From: a virus
Virus record (IMG/VR): IMGVR_UViG_3300028902_000027
Direction: 5' to 3' (one strand)
DNA: 42,945 bases
How positions within the stretch are numbered: the stretch's first letter is position 1; each line of letters starts with the position of its first letter. This document shows positions 1-7,810 of the stretch, one piece after another. The notes under the pieces were generated by a model. The model saw nothing but the letters and a program-made list of their open reading frames with translations, was not told where the DNA came from and ran no database searches. A program made the translations under genes and the position numbers.

Positions 1-171
1 CCGGAAGCCCCCACGGACCCGGCAACGGACCCGGAAGCCCCCACGGACCCGGCAACGGACCCGGAAGCCCCCACGGACCCGGCAACGGACCCGGAAGCCC
101 CCACGGACCCGGAAGCCCCCACGGACCCGGCAACGGACCCGGAAGCCCCCACGGACCCGGAAGCCCCCACG
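1..171 (+). repeat. In-frame tandem repeat (30-nt units plus two 18-nt short units) encoding PEAPTDPATD / PEAPTD; continuation of the array at 42759..42945
   Basis: Units at 1-30, 31-60, 61-90 and 109-138 are ccggaagcccccacggacccggcaacggac. Units at 91-108 and 139-156 are the short form ccggaagcccccacggac. 157-171 is degenerate. Confidence 0.9.
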
Positions 172-234
172 GCCCCGTCGACGGCTAAGACTGCTAAGAA
201 GCCTACCAAGGGAAAGAAGAAGCCCGATGCCTGA
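1..234 (+). CDS. Portal protein, C-terminal fragment (continues from 41346..42945 across the contig junction)
   Basis: Frame 1 is open from nt 1. It reads (PEAPTDPATD)n ... PEAPTAPSTAKTAKKPTKGKKKPDA, then TGA at 232-234, which overlaps the ATG (227) of the next gene. The peptide repeat is the same as at the 3' end of the portal ORF. Confidence 0.75.
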   Translation, partial: PEAPTDPATDPEAPTDPATDPEAPTDPATDPEAPTDPEAPTDPATDPEAPTDPEAPTAPSTAKTAKKPTKGKKKPDA

Positions 235-925
235 TAGGACAATCGTAAGGTTCCTCAAAGGTGAGAAGGGGGAGCGAGGTCTAAAGGGTGCGGACGGAGT
301 TCCCGGTGCCGCAGGTGCCGTTGGCGCTCCCGGAACACCTGCTATCTCTATCAGCGTCCCTAGCTCCGGATGGTCTTGGATCAACCAAGGCGGGGCAACG
401 ATTACCACGAACGCAAGCAAGGACGTTGGAAGCCTATACCTACGCGCCCCACTTGTCGGGGGCGACAACCTACGTTGTTACGTTCGTTCGCTCCCGGCTG
501 GAAAGACGGCCATCGTTGCATTCCGTCCGTACCTCCAACCCGTTGCGCTGAACGTCCCATCGGTTGGCATCCTGTGGCGCGAGTCTTCCTCGGGTAAGCT
601 CTCTGTCATGAATGCGGTTAGGAACTCGGGGTCGCCTTTCGATATGGGTATTGGCCTTCCCAAGTTCACTCTACCTAACTCTTTTAGCGCATCATACAAC
701 CCGCCTAGTTCGGATGCCAAATGGGTGTATGGTGGGGTTCTTTGGATGAAAATGCAGGATGACGGATCTAACCGCATCTTTAGCCTTTCGGTCGACGGAG
801 AGAACTTTCACACCCACCATAGCGTGGGCCGTACGGACTTTCTAACGGCGGACCAATTCGGATTCTTCGTCAATTCCGCCGGCATGGAAGCGGGGTTGCA
901 GTTGCTCCGTTGGGAAGAGTCGTGA
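227..925 (+). CDS. Collagen-like repeat protein with C-terminal beta-sandwich/lectin-like domain (possible head or neck fibre)
   Basis: Nine uninterrupted Gly-X-Y triplets (GEK GER GLK GAD GVP GAA GAV GAP GTP, nt 260-340). About 190 aa of a Trp/Gly/Ser-rich globular domain follow. The ATG overlaps the portal stop. Confidence 0.6.
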   Translation: MPDRTIVRFLKGEKGERGLKGADGVPGAAGAVGAPGTPAISISVPSSGWSWINQGGATITTNASKDVGSLYLRAPLVGGDNLRCYVRSLPAGKTAIVAFRPYLQPVALNVPSVGILWRESSSGKLSVMNAVRNSGSPFDMGIGLPKFTLPNSFSASYNPPSSDAKWVYGGVLWMKMQDDGSNRIFSLSVDGENFHTHHSVGRTDFLTADQFGFFVNSAGMEAGLQLLRWEES

Positions 926-1680
926 CACCTTCGCAGCGCAGGGAATTGATCCGAGTAGCCTCCGACTATCGTCTAGGGGTGCTACACCATGAAAGACAAT
1001 TCATCCGGACCACTCGCGCGATTATGGATGCTCTTGCAGAGACGATGGCTAACTATCTTGAGCCGTCTCTACGCAAGGATTCCAAACCCATTTCGGCCGC
1101 AACGGGTGACATTCCCACGGACGTTGATCGAGTTCTCCGCGCGGTCCTACCGCAGATCGGTCCGAAGGTTCGCGCCGCGCATGCAAAGCTAACCGCCGGC
1201 CTTACTAGGAACTATGATCGCACCATGGGGAAGCAACTCCCTGCACTGCCTTTCGATACCCTAGACGCGCCCGTCAAGATGCAAGCGGCGCTAGCTCGTG
1301 AGTCCTCCGTTGCACTAGTGGAGAATGCCGCGCGCGAGTATGCCGCGGGGGTTCGCGAAGTGTTCGGCGATCCGGCCGCAACCCTAGGCGTTCCGTGGAA
1401 GGAACTCTCAAAGAAGTTACAGGAACGTGCGGACGTTTCCAAGTCGCGCGCCGAATTGATCGCCAGAGATCAAACCCTGAAACTGAACGGTGCGATCAAC
1501 CAAGCTAAGCAGACGGAGCTAGGGATCGACGGATACATTTGGAACACTTCCAATGACGAAAAGGTCCGGAAGTCTCATAAGGCTTTGGCCGGGCAAGAGT
1601 TCTCTTGGTCCGCACCCCCGGACGTTGGTCACCCTGGACAGGATATCCAATGCCGTTGCGTGGCGATCCCTATCATCTAA
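910..1680 (+). CDS. Head morphogenesis protein, Phage Mu F / SPP1 gp7 family
   Basis: The C-terminal signature NTSNDEKVRKSHKALAGQEF...VGHPGQDIQCRCV matches the Mu-F pattern (D..VR..H...HP..CRC). It follows the portal, as is usual. Start uncertain: TTG 910 or GTG 922 (GTGA overlap with the upstream stop). Confidence 0.85.
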   Translation: MGRVVTPSQRRELIRVASDYRLGVLHHERQFIRTTRAIMDALAETMANYLEPSLRKDSKPISAATGDIPTDVDRVLRAVLPQIGPKVRAAHAKLTAGLTRNYDRTMGKQLPALPFDTLDAPVKMQAALARESSVALVENAAREYAAGVREVFGDPAATLGVPWKELSKKLQERADVSKSRAELIARDQTLKLNGAINQAKQTELGIDGYIWNTSNDEKVRKSHKALAGQEFSWSAPPDVGHPGQDIQCRCVAIPII

Positions 1681-3142
1681 GACCCAAGGCCTTTAGCATG
1701 ACGCCCGTATCAATCCCTGCATAGGAGAACGTTCCGGACTTCGTTACATAGTTGATCAATTGGGATGCCATGTCAACGTAATCGTCATTTTTTCCGCGAG
1801 GGAAGTTTAGGTGCTCAAGGATAAAGTCCTTGAGCCATGGCGCATCCATTGGAAAGTGAACGTTGCCCCTCTTCGTTTCCGAGCCATACGAAGGCCGGGA
1901 GGCTTTCGCGCGAGTAACCTTGCTGTCACTGCCAGGATTGATAGGGGTAATCCTTCCGATCTTGTCTTTGATCGTGGCAATGATGGCAGGGCCGTTAGCC
2001 TTATCCTCTATCAGTATTTCCGCCCCGGGGTATTCGCTTGCCCATCCGGAGATCCATTCCAGTGCTCCAACGAAGTCCAGTTTGCGCCGCTCTGCATGGA
2101 GAAGGTAGATATCCGTCCCGTCAATGCGCCATGCACCGCCGGCGCACCAATCGGAGGTGGACTCTCCCTTGAATGATAGGTCAAAGGATAGTGTCGTGAT
2201 ACCCTTTGAAGGTGGCTCCACGTATCGGGATTGGAAGCAATGGGTATCGAACACGATACCCGTAGCGGGGGCCGGCTTATTCTGCCACTGCGACGACCAG
2301 ACACCAATATCAGGGGTTCCGTCCTTGATCGTGGTACACACTTCCGGGGTGTATCGGTCAAGCCAGAAAGACTCATCCGGAGTAGTCCGTGGATCCTTTC
2401 CATAGGGTGTCTCGTACGGATCTCCGTCGAACAGAAGCGGGATACGTACGTGTAGGAAACCCTCGTCGGACTCGAGAAACTTGCCAGCGAGATCCGGTTC
2501 CGCTAGGCGCTGCATGATAAGGATTGTCTGCACTGTCGCAGGGTTCCTAGCGCGGCTTCGCATGGTGGATTGCCACCACTGCCAAGTCTTCTCCAAGTTC
2601 TCCGGAGTGGCTTCCAAGGGCTTCGTTGGGTCGTCAATGACTCGAATGTCAGGGTGACGACCCGTTGTCTTTCCGCCTACCGAGGTGGAGAATCGCCAGC
2701 CGCCGGCCGGGTTTCCGTTGGGTAGGTAGGTAGAGAACTCTCCTCCCGGTTCGTTGGAATCCAGCTTGACTTTGGATCCGAATAGGCCTCGATACCACGC
2801 CGAACCCATGAGGGTACGGACCTTTTCCGCGTCCCTATGGGTCAAGCTCGCGTCAAATGAAGTGTAAATGAAGGCCTTTGAAGGGTCGATAGACCAAAGC
2901 CATGCGTTGAAAAAGACGGATACTAGAAGACTCTTGGACGATCCCGGAGGTTGGTTCAAGATCAGGTTTCGGACGTTGCCTAGCTTTACTTGCTTCAAGT
3001 GCTCGCAAACGTGCTCGATATGCCAGTTATCCTGGAATACGATCGACGGCTCTACGTGCTCCCATGCGCGCCTGACGAAATAGTGCATGGAGCGAATGCA
3101 GCGCGCCCGCTCAACGTCTTTGAGGTTAGGTGCCCGGGCCAT
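1673..3142 (-). CDS. terL: Terminase large subunit
   Basis: Walker A-like LILNQPPGSSKS and Walker B-like IRVIDDP. C-terminal nuclease pattern ILIEDKANG ... FPRGKNDDYVDMASQ. 489 aa. Confidence 0.9.
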   Translation of the reverse strand: MARAPNLKDVERARCIRSMHYFVRRAWEHVEPSIVFQDNWHIEHVCEHLKQVKLGNVRNLILNQPPGSSKSLLVSVFFNAWLWSIDPSKAFIYTSFDASLTHRDAEKVRTLMGSAWYRGLFGSKVKLDSNEPGGEFSTYLPNGNPAGGWRFSTSVGGKTTGRHPDIRVIDDPTKPLEATPENLEKTWQWWQSTMRSRARNPATVQTILIMQRLAEPDLAGKFLESDEGFLHVRIPLLFDGDPYETPYGKDPRTTPDESFWLDRYTPEVCTTIKDGTPDIGVWSSQWQNKPAPATGIVFDTHCFQSRYVEPPSKGITTLSFDLSFKGESTSDWCAGGAWRIDGTDIYLLHAERRKLDFVGALEWISGWASEYPGAEILIEDKANGPAIIATIKDKIGRITPINPGSDSKVTRAKASRPSYGSETKRGNVHFPMDAPWLKDFILEHLNFPRGKNDDYVDMASQLINYVTKSGTFSYAGIDTGVMLKALGLR

Positions 3143-3761
3143 CGTCCAAGCCCTCCCTAGCGCGCGCTAGAGCGCCTGCTAGGTACTGTTCGGCTGCCTC
3201 CCTCCGTCGATACTGGTCTCGGGGGATCCCGATGGCTTCCGCTACGTCCCTGTCTTCTGCATAGGCTAGGATTGCCTCTGCGTCGGCCGGCAGTGCGTCA
3301 CGTAGCGCGTAGGCTACGTCAATGGCTGCCGCCGCACGATCGGCCGTATCAACGGACGGGTAGGCCTTTCCGACGGGCGCGGGAATGGAGGTCATTGCCT
3401 CCCACGCTTCCGCATCCGTTGCGCCGGACTCCGTCTGAGAACGGTTCATTCCCTTGGATGCGTGGAAGAGACACTGGAGTGCATGCCGGATCCGCCACTT
3501 GGCATGGACATAGAAGAGAGTGGAGCTATCGTCTTTCTGCTTAGTCAAGTCGAAGGTCTCGATTGACTCGATCAAGGCAACGCACCCCGCCTGAAACATG
3601 TCAGGCGGGAATGCGTCAAGAGATTTTCTCTTGCCACTTTTCCCACCTGATAGCACCGTCCAACCGACATCAAAGACGATGCGGACGTTGTCCATGACAA
3701 GCCTATTTCTAAGCTTGATATCCGCCGTCCGCTTGTATTCTCTCAAGGCCTCCAGATCCAC
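3126..3761 (-). CDS. ECF-like sigma-70 family factor (region 2 + region 4)
   Basis: RNRLVMDNVRIVFDV ... DMFQAGCVALIESIETFD ... LFYVHAKWRIRHAL parallels sigma70 regions 2.1-2.4 (LV..NLRLV ... LIQEG.IGL..A...FD ... FSTYA.WWIR.AI). C-terminal AEAILAYAEDRDVAEAIGIPRDQYRRREAAEQYL looks like a region-4 HTH. GTG start; the 3' end overlaps terL by 17 nt. Confidence 0.6.
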   Translation of the reverse strand: MDLEALREYKRTADIKLRNRLVMDNVRIVFDVGWTVLSGGKSGKRKSLDAFPPDMFQAGCVALIESIETFDLTKQKDDSSTLFYVHAKWRIRHALQCLFHASKGMNRSQTESGATDAEAWEAMTSIPAPVGKAYPSVDTADRAAAAIDVAYALRDALPADAEAILAYAEDRDVAEAIGIPRDQYRRREAAEQYLAGALARAREGLDDGPGT

Positions 3762-3775
3762 GAGCCAAGTGTGCC

Positions 3776-3979
3776 TTACTTGGGTGCGGACTTCAAGCAG
3801 TAAGATCGAAGGTTCCTCGCTTCATTGCGATGAGAGATAGCTTCGAAAAGATACTTGGCGACCATTGAATCTCTGTAGATCAAACCTGCATTGGTGTAGT
3901 AGATTTGTCGCTTCTCCAACCTTGCAGCTTGGATGGCTCGCCTTGCGGCCGAATACAGATCTGCAATAGTTACTTGCAC
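3776..3979 (-). CDS. Hypothetical protein (67 aa)
   Basis: The ATG directly abuts the stop of the upstream gene (3980). It ends 14 nt before the sigma-like gene, and no competing frame is open. Confidence 0.45.
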   Translation of the reverse strand: MQVTIADLYSAARRAIQAARLEKRQIYYTNAGLIYRDSMVAKYLFEAISHRNEARNLRSYCLKSAPK

Positions 3980-4321
3980 TTATTTGCAAGCCTCCACCAT
4001 TGCGTTTGCAACCTCTATCGCTTTGAGCTTCCATGCCTTGATTGCGTCGAGAACCTCAAAGGGTGTCTCGTAACCCTTGCCATGCGCGGGTGTCGCCTTG
4101 CACCTCTGTTCGTTGACCTTGACTGCTTCTTCTGCAATCTTGCGAGCCGCCGCATACTCCCTGACAAGAGGCGCAAGAGTCTCAAAGGCTTGGTAACGAC
4201 CCTTTAGGATCGTGATAAGATTCTTGACCTTATCTTCCGCTTGCTTGGCTCGCACCTCTGCCTCATGACGGAGATCATGCACGTTGCGGTTGTAGTCCGG
4301 GGGATGCTCGCTAGTGGACAT
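3980..4321 (-). CDS. Hypothetical coiled-coil protein
   Basis: The ORF is open to a TTG at 4345. I prefer the ATG at 4321 (MSTSEHPP...), which overlaps the polymerase stop by 11 nt. Confidence 0.5.
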   Translation of the reverse strand: MSTSEHPPDYNRNVHDLRHEAEVRAKQAEDKVKNLITILKGRYQAFETLAPLVREYAAARKIAEEAVKVNEQRCKATPAHGKGYETPFEVLDAIKAWKLKAIEVANAMVEACK

Positions 4322-6230
4322 GTGACACCTTTCGACGATAGACAAGGACCTTACCCGTATTCGGATCGATCAAGCTCTCTGCATTCTTTGACCAATGATC
4401 CATAAGGACGGGTTCAACATTGGTGAATGGAACATCCGGGAGGAATTCGTTTGCACCCTTCACCATGAGTTCACACATACGGAGCACGCGATCGGACGCC
4501 CAAGGATCGTCTGGACACTCGCCGATGAATTCGTCATGCACGAAATTGACAAGCCTTGAACCGTATAGTACGGACCCGGGTTCGGCGTACATTTCCCGGG
4601 TAATGTACCAACCCGCTCTAGAGGTAGCGTCCGCTCCCAACCCTTGGAAGTAAGAGTTACACGCCGCGGTGTAGCTCAATCCACCTCGGTATCTGTCCAC
4701 GTATAGGTGACGGATGAGAGGTGGATCCGCTTCCACTTGCTGGCCGACCAATGCAAAGTAACCATGCATTTCCGGCCACGTTTCGAGCCAATTGGCTTTG
4801 AGGTGCCGCGCTTCGTCCTCTGATACAATTACTCCGTATGTAGCGCGGGCAAAGTCAATGAAAGCCTTATAGCCTAGGCCTCCCGGGAAACCGAAATTAG
4901 CCACCTTCGCGGCCTGTCTAGCATCCTTGACCTTCTCATCTTTCGCCTTTAGACGAGCCTTTGCGTCGTCATAGGAAGTCCGGAGGATCTGTGCCGCAAG
5001 TGCTAGGTGAGGGTCCATGCCGGCGTTTAGAGCACCCGCAAGCCTGGACTCACCCAGTAGACTCATACAGGCTTGCGCAAGCGTACGTAGCTCTAGACCG
5101 GGGAAGTCCGCTTGCATGAACACATGTCCAAGGCGAGGGACGAAGCACTCCCGGATCCCTGGCATGCGTCGGATGTTCTGAATATTCGGCGATGCACTAG
5201 AGGTGCGCCCGGTTTCTACGATGTCAAAATTAGAGTGGATCGGATAGGGAAACCCCTCCCGAAGCATCTTTAGATCCTTGGACTTTACCGCCTTGATTAC
5301 GCCGAATTCACCATAGGCCTTGAGCCAAGGATCCTCGGTACGTTCGCACGAATCCTTATCCAGTGCGACACCTTCCAAGGATGTCGGATCCCATTCGAGT
5401 CCGGCCTTGACCTTCGCTTGCATGGTCTTGGTCGCCACGACAGGGATTCCCTTCGCTTGGCAGACTTGCACCATGTATCTCGCTACTGCCTTGGTATCGC
5501 GGGAGGCCTTCTTATCTGTGCGGACGAAACCGGCCTCTTGCAAGCGACGTTGCATTTCCGCTAGCGTCGCGTCAATCTCCGCGGCGAACCTTTCCACTCC
5601 CTCTTGGTCCGTTCGAATTCCCCAATTGGACATGAGACGAAGCCACCAATCGCGGCGGACTTGCCTGTATTGATCGGCGAGAAAGTCCTTGTGTACCTCT
5701 TGCGCGGCCCACACGGCTTCGGTAGCTTGCGCATCTTGGAGTGGATAGGTACGCGCACCCTCCGGCCACTGCGCTAGCGGTACGTCGATTAGCTCGCCAT
5801 ACCTTAGGCGCCAAGTGTCTTTATCTAGTTCCATACCCGCGTAACGACGGGCAAGGCTTCCTAGATCGTAATTGTTCGGTGCCCAATAAACTGTACCGTC
5901 GTCGCGCCCTCTAAGTTCCTTACGGAACCGTCCGGCGGCAATGTCAAGTAGCTTTCCCCGGATCTCTGTGCAAGTGATCCGGTCGGCCTCCAAGGCAGTA
6001 AAGACTAGTGGAAGAAGCTTAGGCCTCGCTTGGCAAATGACACCTAGGTCAAATGGCACGTTGTGACCCACGTTTGGAGAAAGGTTGGCTAGATGCCATT
6101 CGAGGCAATCCAACCCCTGATACTTATCCAGTAGGGCCGCCGCACCGTCCGAACAGATAGAGACGCACACCAATTCAGGTGCGCACACTCCGGGACGGAT
6201 GAGACAGGTTTCGGTGTCCCATGCAAGCAT
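4311..6230 (-). CDS. DNA polymerase, family A (Pol I-like) with 3'-5' exonuclease domain
   Basis: Exo I AWDTET; SASPNIQNI; motif A DFPGLELRTLA; motif B RQAAKVANFGFPGGLG; motif C VNFVHDEF. Confidence 0.92.
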   Translation of the reverse strand: MLAWDTETCLIRPGVCAPELVCVSICSDGAAALLDKYQGLDCLEWHLANLSPNVGHNVPFDLGVICQARPKLLPLVFTALEADRITCTEIRGKLLDIAAGRFRKELRGRDDGTVYWAPNNYDLGSLARRYAGMELDKDTWRLRYGELIDVPLAQWPEGARTYPLQDAQATEAVWAAQEVHKDFLADQYRQVRRDWWLRLMSNWGIRTDQEGVERFAAEIDATLAEMQRRLQEAGFVRTDKKASRDTKAVARYMVQVCQAKGIPVVATKTMQAKVKAGLEWDPTSLEGVALDKDSCERTEDPWLKAYGEFGVIKAVKSKDLKMLREGFPYPIHSNFDIVETGRTSSASPNIQNIRRMPGIRECFVPRLGHVFMQADFPGLELRTLAQACMSLLGESRLAGALNAGMDPHLALAAQILRTSYDDAKARLKAKDEKVKDARQAAKVANFGFPGGLGYKAFIDFARATYGVIVSEDEARHLKANWLETWPEMHGYFALVGQQVEADPPLIRHLYVDRYRGGLSYTAACNSYFQGLGADATSRAGWYITREMYAEPGSVLYGSRLVNFVHDEFIGECPDDPWASDRVLRMCELMVKGANEFLPDVPFTNVEPVLMDHWSKNAESLIDPNTGKVLVYRRKVSHVH

Positions 6231-6231
6231 G

Positions 6232-6495
6232 CTAACCAGCCGGCCAGCGGGAATCGAATTCCTCGAAAGCCTTAGTGATAGCTTCGTGGATTAACGAACC
6301 TACGCCGTTGGCTACCTTGAACGCATCCTTTCCGCACCTTGCATCGGCGAAAACGTAATAGAGTCCGTCCGTGCCTTTCATGCATTCGAGACGGTCAATA
6401 CCCCTATGAGCTTTTTTCATCTCCAGTAGGCCAACCGTTGTGGTGGGAGTCACCTTAGGGGAAAGGGCCTCTTTGAGTATTCCGTCAATGGACAT
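6232..6495 (-). CDS. Hypothetical protein
   Basis: ATG at 6495 (MSIDGILKEA...). The same frame stays open upstream to ATG 6591 and TTG 6606, but that part overlaps a more protein-like ORF in another frame. Confidence 0.4.
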   Translation of the reverse strand: MSIDGILKEALSPKVTPTTTVGLLEMKKAHRGIDRLECMKGTDGLYYVFADARCGKDAFKVANGVGSLIHEAITKAFEEFDSRWPAG

Positions 6496-6697
6496 GTGAT
6501 TCCTTACAGTGGCAAGAGAAATGCCAAAGGAAGATTTCTCCGGTCCGCCAATCCTTGACAGAGACGGAGATTTGTCCGTAACCCTCTTCATAGTAACTCT
6601 TAGCAAGGTCTAGGGCTGTTTGTGGCAAATGGAGCATAACCTTATGGGTAGGCAAGTCGATCCATGCGGTTAGATTTCCTCTCCAATTCGTTTTCAT
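6485..6697 (-). CDS. Hypothetical protein (70 aa)
   Basis: ATG start with GAAAGG about 10 nt upstream. Balanced amino-acid composition. The stop overlaps the downstream ATG by 11 nt. Confidence 0.4.
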   Translation of the reverse strand: MKTNWRGNLTAWIDLPTHKVMLHLPQTALDLAKSYYEEGYGQISVSVKDWRTGEIFLWHFSCHCKESHVH

Positions 6698-6838
6698 TTG
6701 CGATTGCCTTTCGCTTCGGTGTAGCGTCCCATGCGTTCCTTGTCACGATCGGAAAGCAGGCCTCCCGAAGTGTACGCCGCGATACGTTAGGACCGGGATT
6801 GCTAGAGCGATGCAAAGGATTGCTAGTGCGTCCATTCG

Positions 6839-6919
6839 TAGGAGTGAGGGGATTCGAACCCCTAAGCCTTTCGGCACGGTACCTAAAACCGCTGCGTATG
6901 CCAGTTCCGCCACACTCCC
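6839..6919 (-). tRNA. tRNA-Leu (anticodon UAG), type II with long variable arm
   Basis: Hand-folded cloverleaf. Acceptor GGGAGTG/CACTCCT (G1-U72). D arm GCG-N11-CGC. Anticodon stem GCGGT/ACCGT with loop TT-TAG-GT. Variable arm GCCGAAAGGC. T arm AGGGG-TTCGAAT-CCCCT. Discriminator A. No encoded CCA. Confidence 0.75.
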
Positions 6920-7070
6920 AAGTTGCCTCCACTTTCGTAGGAGGCGCACGGTTGGTTTCGTGAGACACGCTTAGAACGGGCACCAACAACTCTAATCCCG
7001 TTCTCCCTGTACCTCGGGGGTAGGCTTACGATCCCTCCCTGCATTCCTACGCGGTACAGGGCAAGTCTTC

Positions 7071-7796
7071 TCAGATAACAGGGCCGAACTTCAAGCGAGT
7101 GATTCGCTGGCCCTTCTTCGTAATGTGCAAGGTCGTGGCGACCCGGACAACCTGCCCATTCAGTGCGCCACCCTCGATCGCTTGCGTCAAGATCTGCTCG
7201 GATTGCGGGGCAATCTTTGCATTGATCTCGTCGGCGCTACCGATGCGGTACACGGCACCCAAGAAGGAAATCAGGTTGGGAAAAGCCACGTTGCGATCCT
7301 TGAGAGTCTGAACGTAGGATCGAGACGTACCCACGGGAACCTTCGGATTCCCCGATTCCACCACTTCCATTTCCACGATGACGGCGGGACCGTTCTGCTG
7401 TGTATTCTTTGCCAAGACCTTAGTGATCTTGCAAGTGTATTGCCCCTCTCCCTCTTGGTCCACATTGAAGTATGAACCCTGTTCGAACGTCTTGGATCCG
7501 CTCATCCCTTGGAACAGAGCGCCGGCCGGAGGCATGCCAGGGACGCCCATGGGAGCCGCTCCCGGAGGCGCACCGTACGCCGGGGGAGGTTGGTAGGCCT
7601 GTCCAGGGGGCGCGTAGCCGGGCATCGGGGTCGGCTGGTAGGCCGGTTGCGCGGGAGGTGGAGTCCAACCCGGAAGGGGCCCGGCGGGCGGCGGAGCGGC
7701 CGGGTAACCAGGGGGCGCGGCATGCCCGGGCACTTGCGGCGGGGCGAAGCCGTAGGGGTTACCAGGGACGGGCGGCGGGGGGAAGTTGTTGCTCAT
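7071..7796 (-). CDS. Protein with about 100-aa Pro-rich N-terminal region and C-terminal OB-like domain (possible DUF669-type ssDNA-binding protein)
   Basis: The N-terminus is low complexity (PPPVPGNPYGFAPPQVPG...). The C-terminal part GQYTCKITKVLAKNTQQNGPAVIVEMEVVE...FPNLISFLGAV resembles the DUF669 pattern as I recall it. It lies between the helicase and the polymerase. Confidence 0.35.
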   Translation of the reverse strand: MSNNFPPPPVPGNPYGFAPPQVPGHAAPPGYPAAPPPAGPLPGWTPPPAQPAYQPTPMPGYAPPGQAYQPPPAYGAPPGAAPMGVPGMPPAGALFQGMSGSKTFEQGSYFNVDQEGEGQYTCKITKVLAKNTQQNGPAVIVEMEVVESGNPKVPVGTSRSYVQTLKDRNVAFPNLISFLGAVYRIGSADEINAKIAPQSEQILTQAIEGGALNGQVVRVATTLHITKKGQRITRLKFGPVI

Positions 7797-7810
7797 GATT
7801 CATTGTCCTT

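Noticed and set aside
1-171. Tandem 30-nt repeats at both window ends as a possible CRISPR array or terminal repeat element
   Set aside because: The units are directly adjacent with no spacers. They stay in frame with the portal gene and encode a regular decapeptide. This fits a coding minisatellite plus an assembly overlap, not CRISPR.
6642-6989. ORFs of 68-115 aa on both strands over the tRNA-Leu region
   Set aside because: They overlap a well-folding tRNA and hairpin-rich non-coding sequence. Their composition is not protein-like.
6973-7061. The possibility that the hairpins upstream of tRNA-Leu are a second tRNA
   Set aside because: There is no GTTCRANNC T-loop. The 9-bp outer stem encloses only 39 nt, and no D/anticodon/T arm arrangement can be drawn.
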